Shown here in pieces: positions 40,636 to 50,036 of a DNA stretch of 64,000 nt. The stretch covers positions 3,090 to 67,089 of the forward strand of contig JBIICS010000002.1 in assembly GCA_044238735.1 (NCBI GenBank), written 5' to 3'. This DNA is from Bacteroidia bacterium (GTDB lineage: Bacteria; Bacteroidota; Bacteroidia; UBA4408). Positions within the stretch are counted from its first letter, which is position 1; each line of letters opens with the position of its first letter. The notes beneath the pieces were generated by a model, which was given only the letters and a program-made list of their open reading frames with translations, did no database searches and was not told the origin of the DNA. A program made the translations under genes and the position numbers.

Positions 40636-43600
40636 ATGAATAAAAACTTACTTACAATTGCTCTTTTATTGGGGTTTAGTTTAAACAGTTTGTTCGCTCA
40701 GAAAGGTGCCGAAACTAGAACTATTTTAAAACTAAATAACCGTCCAATAAAATCTGCCCTTTTATCGGCAAAAAGACCAACAACGGGTAGTAACGCTGCG
40801 CGTTCAACAACATGTGGACAAGACACTATTAAATATCCTTTATTTAAGGAATTATTGGTAGGTCCAGGTAACACAGATAGCTTAACAATTGATTATTTAG
40901 CGAGTAGTGCGAATAGAACTACTTCAACAGCCTACTACAATTCGGGTACATTAAATGTTAAAGGTATTTCTTTTTGGGGCTTAGGTTTACACAACTTAAA
41001 TAGAACAATTTCTGCAAAGGTTGTTTTATATTCAGTAGACGCTACAAATAAGCCTACAACTGAGTTAGCAAGCGCCAATTTATCAGTAGGCAATTTAAAT
41101 GCTTCTGCTGCGGTAGGTTATGAATATACTGCCCTATTTGCAAACCCAGTAAATGTTACTGGAAATTATGCTGTAGCAGTTAAATATAACGTTGTAACTT
41201 CCGGCGACTCCTTATGTATTTTTGTTAATGATGCTGGTGATCTTAGTGGTGCCGGTGGTACATCCGGTTATCCAGTTAATTATGGTGAAGGACTTTCCTA
41301 CAGAAGATTTGGTAGTGGAGCTTGGAATCCAATGGTTGCATTTTATGGACAGGATGCAGAATATCTAATCCACCCAATTATAGATTATTCAATCGATGCA
41401 GTTTTAAATTTACCCGCAAGTGTTTGTTCTAATCCGGGAACATTTGATGCAAATTACAATGGAACCGAAAGTGCAATTTTAAATTCTAGATTTTACAATC
41501 TTAATAATTTCTTTAATTATTGGGTTGGATTAGAGGATTCAACTTACGTAATAGATATTGATGGCGCTATAACTGCTAATGATACTGCTACTGGGTCATT
41601 AACAACCGGAGGTTCGTATGATGTTTCTTTAACAACCTCACTTTTAAATTATGGATTTAATACATGTTCTGAAACCCAAACCAAATCCATTACCGTTAAT
41701 CAAGCTTCTTCTTGGTATGCTGATACTGATAATGATGGTTTCGGTGATGCTTCGGTTTCTCAGGACGCTTGTTCAAAACCTGCAGGGTATGTTGCAAATG
41801 CATTAGATTGTGATGATACGGATCCAAACATTAAAGCGCCAAATCGTTATTATGCTGATAATGATATAGATGGTTATGGTGATTTAAATAATTATACCGA
41901 TGATTGTGGATCTTCTGCACCTTCAGGTTATGTTTCAGATAGTACAGATTGTGACGATGCTGATCCGGCCAATGTTCCAACTTTAGTTTGGTTCATAGAT
42001 AGAGACGGTGATGGTTTCGGTAATGTAGATACTTTTTTACTTGGTTGCGTACCTCCAACTGGTTACGTTGCGGATAGTACAGATTGTGATGATTTTAATG
42101 CAAATGTGAACCCAACTCTTGTATGGTACAGAGATCAAGATGGTGATGGTTTTGGTAACCCTAATAACTCAATTACCTCTTGTACCCAACCTACTGGCTA
42201 TGTTTCTAACAATTCAGATTGTAATGACAATAATAGTAGTACTACTGTAAATAATTTTTATGTAGACTCTGATGGTGACGGATTTGGTGATGCGAGCGCT
42301 GCCGCACTTCAAGGTTGTAATGCTCCAAATGGATTTGTAGCCAATAATTTAGATTGCGACGATTCCAACGACGAAATAAATCCAAACACAATTTGGTATG
42401 CTGATGCTGATAATGATGGATATGGAGATGCAGCGGCTTCTGATACCGGTTGTACAACTTCTCTAACTAACGCAACATTAGACAATACTGATTGTGATGA
42501 TGATAATGCTAATGTATGGCAGACCGGTAACTTATATATCGATGCTGACGGTGATAACTATGGTAGCTTAAATACAGCATCAGTATGTTATGGTTTAACT
42601 GCTCCTGCAGGTTATTCATTTGATTCAACTGATTGTGATGACGCCGATATTACAGTTTATAGTTCTAAAATCTTATACGTAGATTCCGATAATGATGGAT
42701 TTGGATCTTCAACCACAGATACTGTTTGTACAGGTCTGGCAATACCTCAAGGTTATTCAATAAATAGCGGCGATTGTGATGACAATAATCCTAATTTAAC
42801 AGGAACTATTTGGTATGCCGATAATGATGAAGATGGTTATGGCGACAATACAGATACCCTTATAGCTTGTCTTCCTCCGGTTGGTTACATCGCATCAGTT
42901 GCTTCTCTTGGAAATGATTGTGATGATAGTGATAGTACTACTTTCCAATCTTCATTATTATTTGTTGATGCAGATGGCGACGGATATACTGTTGGAAACG
43001 CTTCTCTAATTTGTTATGGCGATTCAATTCCTGCTGGATATGTTTCTGCTTCAAGTGGAACGGATTGCGACGATTCTAATGCTAATAATTATCAATCGTC
43101 TTCATTATTTGTTGATGCTGATGGCGATGGCTATACAGTTGGAGCAGCTTCTCCAGTATGCTATGGTGCAACTATACCTTCTGGCTACACTTTAACTTCA
43201 AGTGGTGCAGATTGTGATGATAGTGACACTACATTGTATCAATCATCTTCATTATTTGTTGATGCCGACGGTGATGGTTACACAGTTGGTTCAGCTTCAA
43301 CAATATGTTACGGTGATAACATACCTTCTGGCTACTCTTTAACTTCAAGTGGTGCAGATTGTGATGATAGTGACACTACATTGTATCAATCATCTTCATT
43401 ATTTGTTGATGCCGACGGTGATGGTTACACAGTTGGTTCAGCTTCAACAATATGTTACGGTGATAACATACCTTCTGGGTACGTTTCTTCTTCAAGTGGT
43501 TCGGATTGCGATGATAATAATGCTGCTGTAAATGCTGCAGAGGTAGATGCAACTTTCGGAATTAACAATTCTCAGGACCCAACAGTTGTATTTACAGCAA

Positions 43601-44040
43601 CATCTACCAGTCAAACTTCATATTCTTGGTATGTTAATGATGTACTTTCAGGTAATGATACTACCTTAACCAAAACATTTACTCAAGATGGTTCTTATAC
43701 AATTAAATTGGTTGTGGAAGGAACTTGCGGAGCAATAGACACTACTACTCAAACAGTTAATATTATTAACACCTCTTTGGTTAATGCTTCAAACGTAATT
43801 GCAGTAAGTGTTTCACCTAATCCTGCTAATTCAGTTGTTAACGTAACCGCTGCAGGTATTAAATCTGCTCAGATTTTAATAACAAACCTAAACGGACAAA
43901 TCGTTAGCGAGTCTGTAGTTGATTTCTCTATTGAAAGAGTTGCTTCGGTTAATACTGCTGAGATTGCAAAAGGTGTTTATTTTGTTAAAGTTGTTTCAAA
44001 TAAAGCAACTTCTGTTACCCGCTTAGTAATTAATCGCTAA
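40636..44040 (+). CDS. T9SS type-A CTD cargo protein (1134 aa) built largely of about 17 tandem MopE-like 'putative metal-binding motif' repeats (D.D.DG(Y/F)G....C.....P.GY......DCDD.D)
   Basis: Signal peptide MNKNLLTIALLLGFSLNSLFAQ. Repeats run from residue about 360 to 960. C-terminus VSPNPANSVVNVTAAG.....ITNLNGQIV....VYFVKVVSN...TRLVINR is a classic Por_Secre_tail. Confidence 0.8.
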   Translation: MNKNLLTIALLLGFSLNSLFAQKGAETRTILKLNNRPIKSALLSAKRPTTGSNAARSTTCGQDTIKYPLFKELLVGPGNTDSLTIDYLASSANRTTSTAYYNSGTLNVKGISFWGLGLHNLNRTISAKVVLYSVDATNKPTTELASANLSVGNLNASAAVGYEYTALFANPVNVTGNYAVAVKYNVVTSGDSLCIFVNDAGDLSGAGGTSGYPVNYGEGLSYRRFGSGAWNPMVAFYGQDAEYLIHPIIDYSIDAVLNLPASVCSNPGTFDANYNGTESAILNSRFYNLNNFFNYWVGLEDSTYVIDIDGAITANDTATGSLTTGGSYDVSLTTSLLNYGFNTCSETQTKSITVNQASSWYADTDNDGFGDASVSQDACSKPAGYVANALDCDDTDPNIKAPNRYYADNDIDGYGDLNNYTDDCGSSAPSGYVSDSTDCDDADPANVPTLVWFIDRDGDGFGNVDTFLLGCVPPTGYVADSTDCDDFNANVNPTLVWYRDQDGDGFGNPNNSITSCTQPTGYVSNNSDCNDNNSSTTVNNFYVDSDGDGFGDASAAALQGCNAPNGFVANNLDCDDSNDEINPNTIWYADADNDGYGDAAASDTGCTTSLTNATLDNTDCDDDNANVWQTGNLYIDADGDNYGSLNTASVCYGLTAPAGYSFDSTDCDDADITVYSSKILYVDSDNDGFGSSTTDTVCTGLAIPQGYSINSGDCDDNNPNLTGTIWYADNDEDGYGDNTDTLIACLPPVGYIASVASLGNDCDDSDSTTFQSSLLFVDADGDGYTVGNASLICYGDSIPAGYVSASSGTDCDDSNANNYQSSSLFVDADGDGYTVGAASPVCYGATIPSGYTLTSSGADCDDSDTTLYQSSSLFVDADGDGYTVGSASTICYGDNIPSGYSLTSSGADCDDSDTTLYQSSSLFVDADGDGYTVGSASTICYGDNIPSGYVSSSSGSDCDDNNAAVNAAEVDATFGINNSQDPTVVFTATSTSQTSYSWYVNDVLSGNDTTLTKTFTQDGSYTIKLVVEGTCGAIDTTTQTVNIINTSLVNASNVIAVSVSPNPANSVVNVTAAGIKSAQILITNLNGQIVSESVVDFSIERVASVNTAEIAKGVYFVKVVSNKATSVTRLVINR
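42940..43530 (+). repeat. In-frame 147-bp (49-aa) tandem repeat, about 4 copies, the last two identical over about 130 bp
   Basis: tatcaatcatcttcattatttgttgatgccgacggtgatggttacacagttggttcagcttcaacaatatgttacggtgataacataccttctgg occurs at 43237 and again at 43384. Confidence 0.85.
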
Positions 44041-44060
44041 TAGGGGAATACTAAAAGTTA

Positions 44061-44092
44061 AAAAAAGGGTGGCCTATTGGCCACCCTTTTTT
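44061..44092. terminator. Strong bidirectional rho-independent terminator (gggtggcc-tatt-ggccaccc, A6 upstream and T6 downstream)
   Basis: Perfect 8-bp GC-rich stem. Confidence 0.75.
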
Positions 44093-44139
44093 GTTTTAAT
44101 AAAAAGCTTATTTTTACCAGCTTTTAATTTATAGATAAA

Positions 44140-46518
44140 ATGAGGTTTGTATTAATTTTAGTTGTGCTTATAGTTTATTCTCTTAACCTTTTTGCCCAAG
44201 GAACAGGTGATGTAAGGGGATTTGTTTATGAGGAGAAATCTGGCGAACCTTCCATTTTTACCCCAGTTTATTTAAAAGGAACAAGCTTTGGTGCGCAAAC
44301 CGATGTAAACGGATACTTTGCAATTACTAAAGTCCCTGCCGGAAAATACACCTTAATATGCTCCACCCTAGGATTTGATACCATTAAGGTAGAGTTGGAT
44401 TTAAAGGCAGGCCAATTAATTGACCAGAAATTACAACTGAAACAATCTTCCGTAGAGTTAAAAGCCGTAGACATTAGTGCCGAAAAGCAGGATAAACAAA
44501 GTAAGATCGGAATGTCGGTAACTAAAATTACCCCAAAAGAAATGCGTCAGGTCCCAAGTGTTGGCGGTGAGCCCGATTTAGCTCAATATTTACAGGTTTT
44601 GCCAGGGGTTGTTTTTACCGGCGATCAGGGCGGGCAGTTATACATACGCGGCGGTACTCCTATTCAAAACAAAGTTTTGCTGGATGGGATGATAGTTTAT
44701 AATCCCTTTCATTCAATTGGTTTTTATTCGGTATTTGATGCTGATTTAATTCGCAACGCCGATATCTATACGGGTGGATTTAATGCGCAATATGGGGGAA
44801 GAATTTCCTCTATTATGGATATTACCACACGAGATGGAAATAAAAAGAGAACAAAAGGTAAAATAGGAGCAAATACTTTTGGAGCTAAATTAAACTTAGA
44901 AGGCCCCCTTAAAAAAGCTAAAGACGAAAATGGCTCAACCATCAGCTATGTTGTCTCCGGAAAAAAATCCTATATGGATTTAACCTCAAAGAGCTTGTAT
45001 CCTTTTCTAGATCAATTAGACTCTTCTTTTGCCGATTCTATTGGTTTGCCTTTTAAATTTACCGACATATTCGCAAAAGTTTCCTTTAATGCGGCTAATG
45101 GAAGTAAGTTTAATGTTTTTGGTTTTAATTTTAACGACGCGGTTAAGTATCAAGGAATCTCTGATATTAATTGGAATAGCAGTGGTGGTGGTACCAGTTT
45201 CTTGTTTTTGCCGGGTGGCTCGCCTATCCTCATTAAAGGGAATTTGGCCTATACAAAATATAAAATTAATTTTCTTGAAAAAGGCGTTCCACCTCGCAGC
45301 AGTTTAATTGATGGTTTTAATATGGGTGTTGACTTCTCTTATTTTATAAAAAAGAATGAACTTCAATACGGTATGGAGATTTTAGGCTTTAAAACCAATT
45401 ATGAGTTTACAAATGCTGTTAATTTAAATATTGTTCAGGAAGAAAATACTTCTGAATTTGCAGGGTACATGCGTTATAAAATTACCGCCGGTAAACTATT
45501 GCTAGAGCCTGGTTTCAGAGCGCATTACTATGCTTCTTTGGGCGCATTTTCACCCGAACCTCGCCTGGGATTAAAATACAATATCACCGATAAAATAAGA
45601 TTAAAAGCTTCGGGCGGAATGTATGCTCAAAATTTAATTAGTGGTGGTAGTGATCGCGATGTGGTGAATTTATTTTATGGTTTCTTGTCAGGGCCCGAAT
45701 TAAGCCGATTGCCTGAACATAAATACGGAATTAATAAAGATTCTATTAATTATGTTAACTTTGGAAACAGAGATTCAATAAAAATGACAAGTGCACTTCA
45801 AAAGGCCGTGCACTATATTGTAGGGTTTGAGTTTGATCTTACAAAACATCTGGATTTAAATGTTGAGGGGTATCTTAAAAATTTTACCCAACTGGCTAAT
45901 GTTAATCGTAATAAATTATTTAACGATGTAGCCGAAAACGAAGATAAACCTGATTATCAGAAAAAGGATTATATTGTTGAAACCGGATATGCTCAAGGTA
46001 TTGACATCTTATTTAAGTATGAGTATAAGCGTCTTTATGTATGGACGGGTTACTCGTTAAGTATTACACAACGTTTTGATGGTTTCCAATTGTACTACCC
46101 AATATGGGATAGAAGGCATAATGTAAACTTTGTAACTTCATATAAATTTGGTAAAAATAACGATTGGGAAATTGATATTCGCTGGAATATGGGTAGTGGA
46201 TTTCCATTTACAAAAACACAAGGGTTCTACGAAAACTTATCTTTTGATAACGCTCTGCAAACAAATTATCTTACCCAAAACGGTACTTTAGGAGTTCAGT
46301 ACGACCAGCTTGGTACGGGTCGTTTACCCTATTATCATCGAATGGATTTTACATTAAAAAAGGAGTTTGTGATTTCCGAAAATTCAATACTTGATATTAA
46401 TTTAAGTGTTACTAATGCATATAATCGACCTAATATATTTTACTTTGATAGGGTTAGATTTAAGCGTGTAAACCAATTGCCATTTTTACCAACATTAGGG
46501 ATAAACTGGACTTTCTAA
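44140..46518 (+). CDS. TonB-dependent outer-membrane receptor with N-terminal carboxypeptidase-regulatory-like (CarbopepD_reg) domain and plug domain
   Basis: Signal peptide. The block GDVRGFVYEEKSGEPSIFTPVYLKGTSFGAQTDVNGYFAITKVPAGKYTL is CarbopepD_reg-like. GGEPDLAQYLQVLPGV....GG.LYIRGG is plug-like. C-terminus ...LGINWTF. Confidence 0.7.
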   Translation: MRFVLILVVLIVYSLNLFAQGTGDVRGFVYEEKSGEPSIFTPVYLKGTSFGAQTDVNGYFAITKVPAGKYTLICSTLGFDTIKVELDLKAGQLIDQKLQLKQSSVELKAVDISAEKQDKQSKIGMSVTKITPKEMRQVPSVGGEPDLAQYLQVLPGVVFTGDQGGQLYIRGGTPIQNKVLLDGMIVYNPFHSIGFYSVFDADLIRNADIYTGGFNAQYGGRISSIMDITTRDGNKKRTKGKIGANTFGAKLNLEGPLKKAKDENGSTISYVVSGKKSYMDLTSKSLYPFLDQLDSSFADSIGLPFKFTDIFAKVSFNAANGSKFNVFGFNFNDAVKYQGISDINWNSSGGGTSFLFLPGGSPILIKGNLAYTKYKINFLEKGVPPRSSLIDGFNMGVDFSYFIKKNELQYGMEILGFKTNYEFTNAVNLNIVQEENTSEFAGYMRYKITAGKLLLEPGFRAHYYASLGAFSPEPRLGLKYNITDKIRLKASGGMYAQNLISGGSDRDVVNLFYGFLSGPELSRLPEHKYGINKDSINYVNFGNRDSIKMTSALQKAVHYIVGFEFDLTKHLDLNVEGYLKNFTQLANVNRNKLFNDVAENEDKPDYQKKDYIVETGYAQGIDILFKYEYKRLYVWTGYSLSITQRFDGFQLYYPIWDRRHNVNFVTSYKFGKNNDWEIDIRWNMGSGFPFTKTQGFYENLSFDNALQTNYLTQNGTLGVQYDQLGTGRLPYYHRMDFTLKKEFVISENSILDINLSVTNAYNRPNIFYFDRVRFKRVNQLPFLPTLGINWTF

Positions 46519-46535
46519 AAATTTTCCGGTAAATT

Positions 46536-47081
46536 ATGCTTAAGATTATTAAGCCTGAGGAATATTTAACCACCCAATGGTCCGGTGGAACTACTACTCA
46601 ATTTTATATTTATCCTGAAAACTCAACCTATACCTCGCGTAATTTCGATTTAAGAATAAGTAGCGCTGTTATTAATCAGTCTCCCTCCAATTTCACTTCA
46701 TTAAAAGGCTTTTCCCGTGTTTTAATTTCGTTAAACCATGAGATCTCAATCTCTCATGAAGGACAAAACTCAGTAACATTAAAACCTTTACAAATCTATA
46801 CTTTCTCAGGGGATAGTGAAACACAGAGCAAAGGTTTAGCAACAGACTTTAATATAATATACTCATCTAAAGTTAAAGTTGAAACTACTGTAATAATGGA
46901 ACAGGTATCGGAGTTAATATTGAGACCGGGTACTAATGAAATTTATTTTGTGTATTTGATAGACGGTAACTTGATGAATAATAAGTTTAAAGCGGGTTAT
47001 TTATTGTATACCAACGAGGCATTAGGCTTGCTTATAAACGCAGAAAATAAATTAATAATTGTGAAAGCTAAATTTGCTTAA
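46536..47081 (+). CDS. HutD/Ves-family protein
   Basis: The W.GG.T......P.......F..R.S.A.V......F....G..R.L..L.....L....F.GD......DFN.IY pattern matches what I recall of HutD. Lies 17 nt after the TonB receptor gene. Confidence 0.55.
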   Translation: MLKIIKPEEYLTTQWSGGTTTQFYIYPENSTYTSRNFDLRISSAVINQSPSNFTSLKGFSRVLISLNHEISISHEGQNSVTLKPLQIYTFSGDSETQSKGLATDFNIIYSSKVKVETTVIMEQVSELILRPGTNEIYFVYLIDGNLMNNKFKAGYLLYTNEALGLLINAENKLIIVKAKFA

Positions 47082-48537
47082 AGAAAGAATAGAGCATAAT
47101 TAACGCCCTTACGTCTGCAAGCGAGTATTCCTTTAAATCTTCCATTATACGGGCTCTTTCAAACAAATCCGACTCATAAGGAAGTTTTTCATATGCATGC
47201 ATAGCAATTATTCCGTTTTTAATATTCAAATTTGAAAACAGATCCGAATTAAGCACATGTTTACATACCGATTTAAGGGAGTAGCCACCTTTAAATTCCG
47301 GATGATAATACCACTTTTCTGAAAATGGTTTTGCAATATCTTTCATTCTAAGCATAATACCATCTAGTTCTTCTTTGTATTTTGGAAAATCGCTAATCAG
47401 TTTCTTGATTATATTTTTTTCCGAAACAATATCATAAACCAATAGATCCCCTTCTTTTGGAATCGCTTTAAGAAATGCCAGAATAAAATTTTCTCTCGGA
47501 TCATCATTCGTTTCATGGATCCATACATACTCATTTGTTAATTTAGTATCATATAAAGTAATGCTGGAGAAGATTCCGGGTAATAAATGAAAGGGGTGAG
47601 TGCCCTTGTATTTGGGAACCGCAGGCATAGCAGATTCTATATCAAAAAATGTAAGCGGAAACCGCAAATCGTTTATAAATTGCTTAATTTTTTCAATTTC
47701 AATAAACGCTTTATTTGTTTGTCTGGATTCAATCTGAATTTTTAGATGATCCTTTAAAGTTGAAACATCTTCTATTTCACTAATCCGATTAATTCCATTT
47801 AATTGCATGGTGTGGAGGAAATCAGAATCAATTCCGTTTAAATAGAGTATAGAGTCTTCGGGTACCGTTTTCCAGCAAGTTCCTTTAAAATCGCATGAAT
47901 ATGGACTATTGCAATGAGGTCCAATTTCAATTTTAGGTATTTGGGTTTGTTGCAACAGTTTAATTAATTCCCCTATTTTTTCTTTAATACCCTCTTCTTG
48001 ATCTTTGCAATAATCGGTACAATCAGTTATTGTAAATAGTTTAGTGAGGTTTAGTGTGTCCTCCAGAATATAATTGGCATTAATATTAATTAAATAGGCT
48101 TTATTGATGTATAGGCCAGAGGCTTTAGCTACCGAAAATTGAATAGCAATATCCTGATAATATGTTTTACTTAATTTTAAGGAACTTTTTACTTCGTATA
48201 AATCATATCCATTTCCATTCTTTACCAATATATCGCAATAAACCAAAGTATTTAAGCCCACTAATCCTGCCTCATAAATAATTGCTTGTCCACTCCCAAT
48301 TAATGCAGTTGTTTTTTGTAAAGCCTGTTTATAAAACTTAGGGCTTGCCGGAGTAACATCAATTCCCCCCGGAAATAATTGCTGGGCGAGCTTGCCAATT
48401 TCATGACCGCGGTTAAAAATGGCTTGTTGTTCGGGGCTTACGGGGTCCTTTAAAGTATAGTAATGCTTATATAAGTACAATGCTTTAGGGCATTGCAGAC
48501 CTTTTAGATAGCTTGATTTGGATAAGATATAACTCAA
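47068..48537 (-). CDS. DUF2779-like protein (predicted PD-(D/E)xK/RecB-like nuclease fold), 489 aa
   Basis: N-terminus MSYILSKSSYLKGLQCPKALYLYKHY resembles the conserved start of DUF2779 proteins (SKS.F..GLQCPK.LWL). Its 3' end overlaps the HutD gene 3' end by 14 nt (convergent). Confidence 0.45.
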   Translation of the reverse strand: MSYILSKSSYLKGLQCPKALYLYKHYYTLKDPVSPEQQAIFNRGHEIGKLAQQLFPGGIDVTPASPKFYKQALQKTTALIGSGQAIIYEAGLVGLNTLVYCDILVKNGNGYDLYEVKSSLKLSKTYYQDIAIQFSVAKASGLYINKAYLININANYILEDTLNLTKLFTITDCTDYCKDQEEGIKEKIGELIKLLQQTQIPKIEIGPHCNSPYSCDFKGTCWKTVPEDSILYLNGIDSDFLHTMQLNGINRISEIEDVSTLKDHLKIQIESRQTNKAFIEIEKIKQFINDLRFPLTFFDIESAMPAVPKYKGTHPFHLLPGIFSSITLYDTKLTNEYVWIHETNDDPRENFILAFLKAIPKEGDLLVYDIVSEKNIIKKLISDFPKYKEELDGIMLRMKDIAKPFSEKWYYHPEFKGGYSLKSVCKHVLNSDLFSNLNIKNGIIAMHAYEKLPYESDLFERARIMEDLKEYSLADVRALIMLYSFFKQI

Positions 48538-48610
48538 TTAATGTTTATTAAGTATGCTTAAAGATAGTTAAACCGAATTTAAATTTTAATTTTACCAAAC
48601 AATATTTATT

Positions 48611-49576
48611 ATGATTATAGTAACCGGTGCGGCAGGATTTATTGCCAGTTATTTTGTTGGAAAGTTAAACCAGGAGGGGTTTAATGATTTAGTGCTAGTA
48701 GATGATTTTTCAAGTAAAGAAAAAGAGAAAAATTACATCAATAAAAATTTTTCGAAACTTGTAAACCGAGATCATCTCTCTTCTTTCATTAAGGAAAATC
48801 ATGAACTTATCCAGTTTGTTTTTCATTTAGGTGCTCGTACCGATACAACTGAATTTAATAGAGAAATACTCTGGAAACTAAATACCGATTACTCTAAAGA
48901 AATTTGGAAAGTTTGTGTTGAGTTTGGTTTACCTTTGGTTTATGCCTCTTCGGCAGCTACATATGGATTAGGAGAGCAAGGTTATGTAGATGATCATCTA
49001 ACTCCATTTAGTTTAAAGCCATTAAATCCCTATGGCGAGTCTAAAAATGATTTTGACAAGTGGGCTCTTGAACAAGAAAAAAAGCCCTATTTCTGGGCGG
49101 GTCTAAAATTCTTTAATGTATATGGGCCAAACGAATATCATAAAGGGAGGATGGCCAGTGTTATTATGCATGCATATAATCAAATTATGCAAAACGGACA
49201 AGTTAAATTATTCAGGTCTCATAACCCTGAATATTCAGACGGTGGCCAGTTACGCGATTTTATTTATGTTAAGGATGTTGCAGAAATAATGTTCTTTTTA
49301 ATGCATCATAGAAAGGACAGCGGTTTGTACAACGTAGGTACAGGAAAGGCAGAAACATTCTTAACGCTTGCTAACTCAACCTTTAAGGCTTTAAACCTCC
49401 AACCTAAAATAGAATTTATAGATACTCCGATAGACATTAGAGATAAATATCAGTATTTCACTGAGGCAAACATGAGTAAATTATCATCTATAGGCTTTAA
49501 GCACAAATTTTATAATTTAAGTAGTGGTGTTGATGATTACGTTAAGAATTATTTGATCGATGGAAATTATCACTAG
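48611..49576 (+). CDS. hldD: ADP-L-glycero-D-manno-heptose 6-epimerase
   Basis: MIIVTGAAGFIAS (NAD-binding), YASSAATYG, FNVYGPNEYHKGRMASV, NVGTGKAETF and a terminal ...Y..D all parallel E. coli HldD/RfaD blocks. Confidence 0.85.
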   Translation: MIIVTGAAGFIASYFVGKLNQEGFNDLVLVDDFSSKEKEKNYINKNFSKLVNRDHLSSFIKENHELIQFVFHLGARTDTTEFNREILWKLNTDYSKEIWKVCVEFGLPLVYASSAATYGLGEQGYVDDHLTPFSLKPLNPYGESKNDFDKWALEQEKKPYFWAGLKFFNVYGPNEYHKGRMASVIMHAYNQIMQNGQVKLFRSHNPEYSDGGQLRDFIYVKDVAEIMFFLMHHRKDSGLYNVGTGKAETFLTLANSTFKALNLQPKIEFIDTPIDIRDKYQYFTEANMSKLSSIGFKHKFYNLSSGVDDYVKNYLIDGNYH

Positions 49577-50036
49577 AATTATCCCTCTATTGCCAATCCC
49601 CCTTCAAAGGCTTGTAAAATCTAAAGCTTTCGGATATCTAATTGCCGCCGGAACCGCAACGGTTGTAGATGTTTTAGTCTACTATATTGTTCTGAATAAG
49701 GTACTTCATAAACATGATTTGGTCATCAAATCAGTTGTTTTGGGAGCTCCGGGAGTTTCATTGGCAAGCAGTTATGCATGTGGCTTATTTACAAATTTTA
49801 CCATTACTAAATTATTTGTTTTTACCGACTCAGATTTGAGAACACGATATCAGTTTATTAGATTTGCCACCGTTGCAATTGCGGTATTATTTGCTAATTA
49901 CGGATTTATGAAATTTTTAATTGATGCCATAGGGATTTATCCAACAGTATCTAGAGCAATTTCCGCCCTTTCAATAGGAGTGTTAAGTTTTATGATACAC
50001 CGGGTATTTTCTTTTCAAATTCGAGACGATGAATAA
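49560..50036 (+). CDS. GtrA-family small membrane protein (polysaccharide/lipid-linked sugar translocation associated)
   Basis: 158 aa with 4 TM helices. Overlaps hldD by 17 nt and the next gene by 8 nt. Confidence 0.5.
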   Translation: MEIITRIIPLLPIPLQRLVKSKAFGYLIAAGTATVVDVLVYYIVLNKVLHKHDLVIKSVVLGAPGVSLASSYACGLFTNFTITKLFVFTDSDLRTRYQFIRFATVAIAVLFANYGFMKFLIDAIGIYPTVSRAISALSIGVLSFMIHRVFSFQIRDDE

